From the NCBI RefSeq assembly GCF_000143415.4, contig NW_003314357.1, positions 592,710-656,709 on the forward strand: a DNA stretch of 64,000 nucleotides. The letters run 5' to 3'. Positions 63,266-64,000 of this stretch are shown here, in pieces. Numbering within the stretch: the first letter of the stretch is position 1; each line of letters opens with the position of its first letter. The DNA is from Selaginella moellendorffii (Eukaryota > Plantae > Lycopodiophyta). The translations under genes were made by a program, and so were the position numbers. The notes beneath the pieces were generated by a model. The model worked only from the letters and a program-made list of their open reading frames with translations. It was not told where the DNA came from and searched no databases.

Positions 63266-64000
63266 ATGGTCTCTCGCGCTCACGCCGCCCCAATGCTTGC
63301 CCGCCGAGCTCAAGCGCCCTGGCATGGCGGCCATCACCGAGCTTCACGCCCGCGAGCTCCAGCTCTAGCTCCAGCACATCCAGCACACCACCATGGACAC
63401 CAAGGCCACGAGCCAGCGCCAGCTTTAGCTCCAGTTCTTCAAGGTGACGCTCCAGATTGAGCCCCAGCGCCAGCTGCTTTCGTTCACCCTGCTCACGGCC
63501 ACCCTGCTCATCTAGCTCCAGCGCCTGCTATCCTCGATCATGCTCGCCACCACCATCCAGCTCCAGCAGCAGCAGTGTACCATCATCATCACGGTGATGG
63601 AGCTCCTCTGGTTGTTCACCACCATCACCATGGTCACCACCATGGAGGACGCCACAACCACCACCACCACCCCCACCACCATCGTCGTGACGGTCACGAC
63701 GCAGCAGTGGCCACACCAACACCCGCAGCAGTAGTTACAGTGGTTCGGAGGACGCCGTGGTCGCTGCTCCAGTTTCTTCTCTGGGTTTTGGTTGCGATCT
63801 TGGTGCTGCTCGCGTGCTTTTTGCTCGTGCGATGGATGTTATCTCGAAGGAAGCAGCGCAGTAATGTGATCTTTCAGGATCCCGGGTGGCAGATCGAAGT
63901 TGTGGTGGACGATCCTCCGACTGAGAAGAAACAGCTGGAAGCTCACACTCGTGGTTTGCACAGCAATGGCACTCTAGGATTCTCCTCAAAGTGTCCTGCC
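63266..64000 (+). pseudogene. His/Ala-Pro-rich single-pass membrane protein, copy 2 (one TGA at 63458; runs off the window)
   Basis: The frame stays open after 63460: APAPAA...HHHHHGHHHGGRHNHHHHPHHH...WSLLQFLLWVLVAILVLLACFLLVRWML SRRKQR... Confidence 0.6.

Overview
Compact land-plant nuclear DNA, most consistent with a lycophyte such as Selaginella. That assignment is an inference from the ~50-60 bp GT-AG introns, very short intergenic spacers, GC-rich genes next to AT-rich TE blocks, a PLS-type PPR remnant and a Tcn1-like chromovirus. There are two gene islands. Island 1 (18.7-27 kb) holds CYPRO4/VID27, tRNA-Phe, a membrane steroid-binding protein, an atypical cyclophilin, TOC34, alpha-SNAP and an SPH/S1 protein. 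Island 2 (37-48.6 kb) holds an F-box/kelch gene, SHORT-ROOT, a PPR fragment, the NAD-IDH catalytic subunit, an oleosin and a spliced trypsin-like protease. Between and around them lie pseudogene fragments (AAE, purple acid phosphatase) and nested retroelements: a 7.9-kb non-coding LTR element with satellite-bearing LTRs inside a LINE remnant, two decayed short-LTR Ty3/gypsy copies each carrying a solo LTR, a chromovirus fragment and a MITE. A ~2-kb duplication carries a tRNA-Ala and a His-rich membrane-protein gene. The most notable observations are not shown as complete ORFs in the supplied track: (1) a cyclophilin with Lys at the catalytic Arg position and a C-terminal CCIQ prenylation-type motif; (2) a five-exon trypsin-like protease with an intact frame; (3) a His/Ala-Pro-rich single-pass membrane protein whose two copies carry different stop codons; (4) a duplicated orphan micro-gene with a D-box-like tail. 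All annotation was done by eye; no searches were run.
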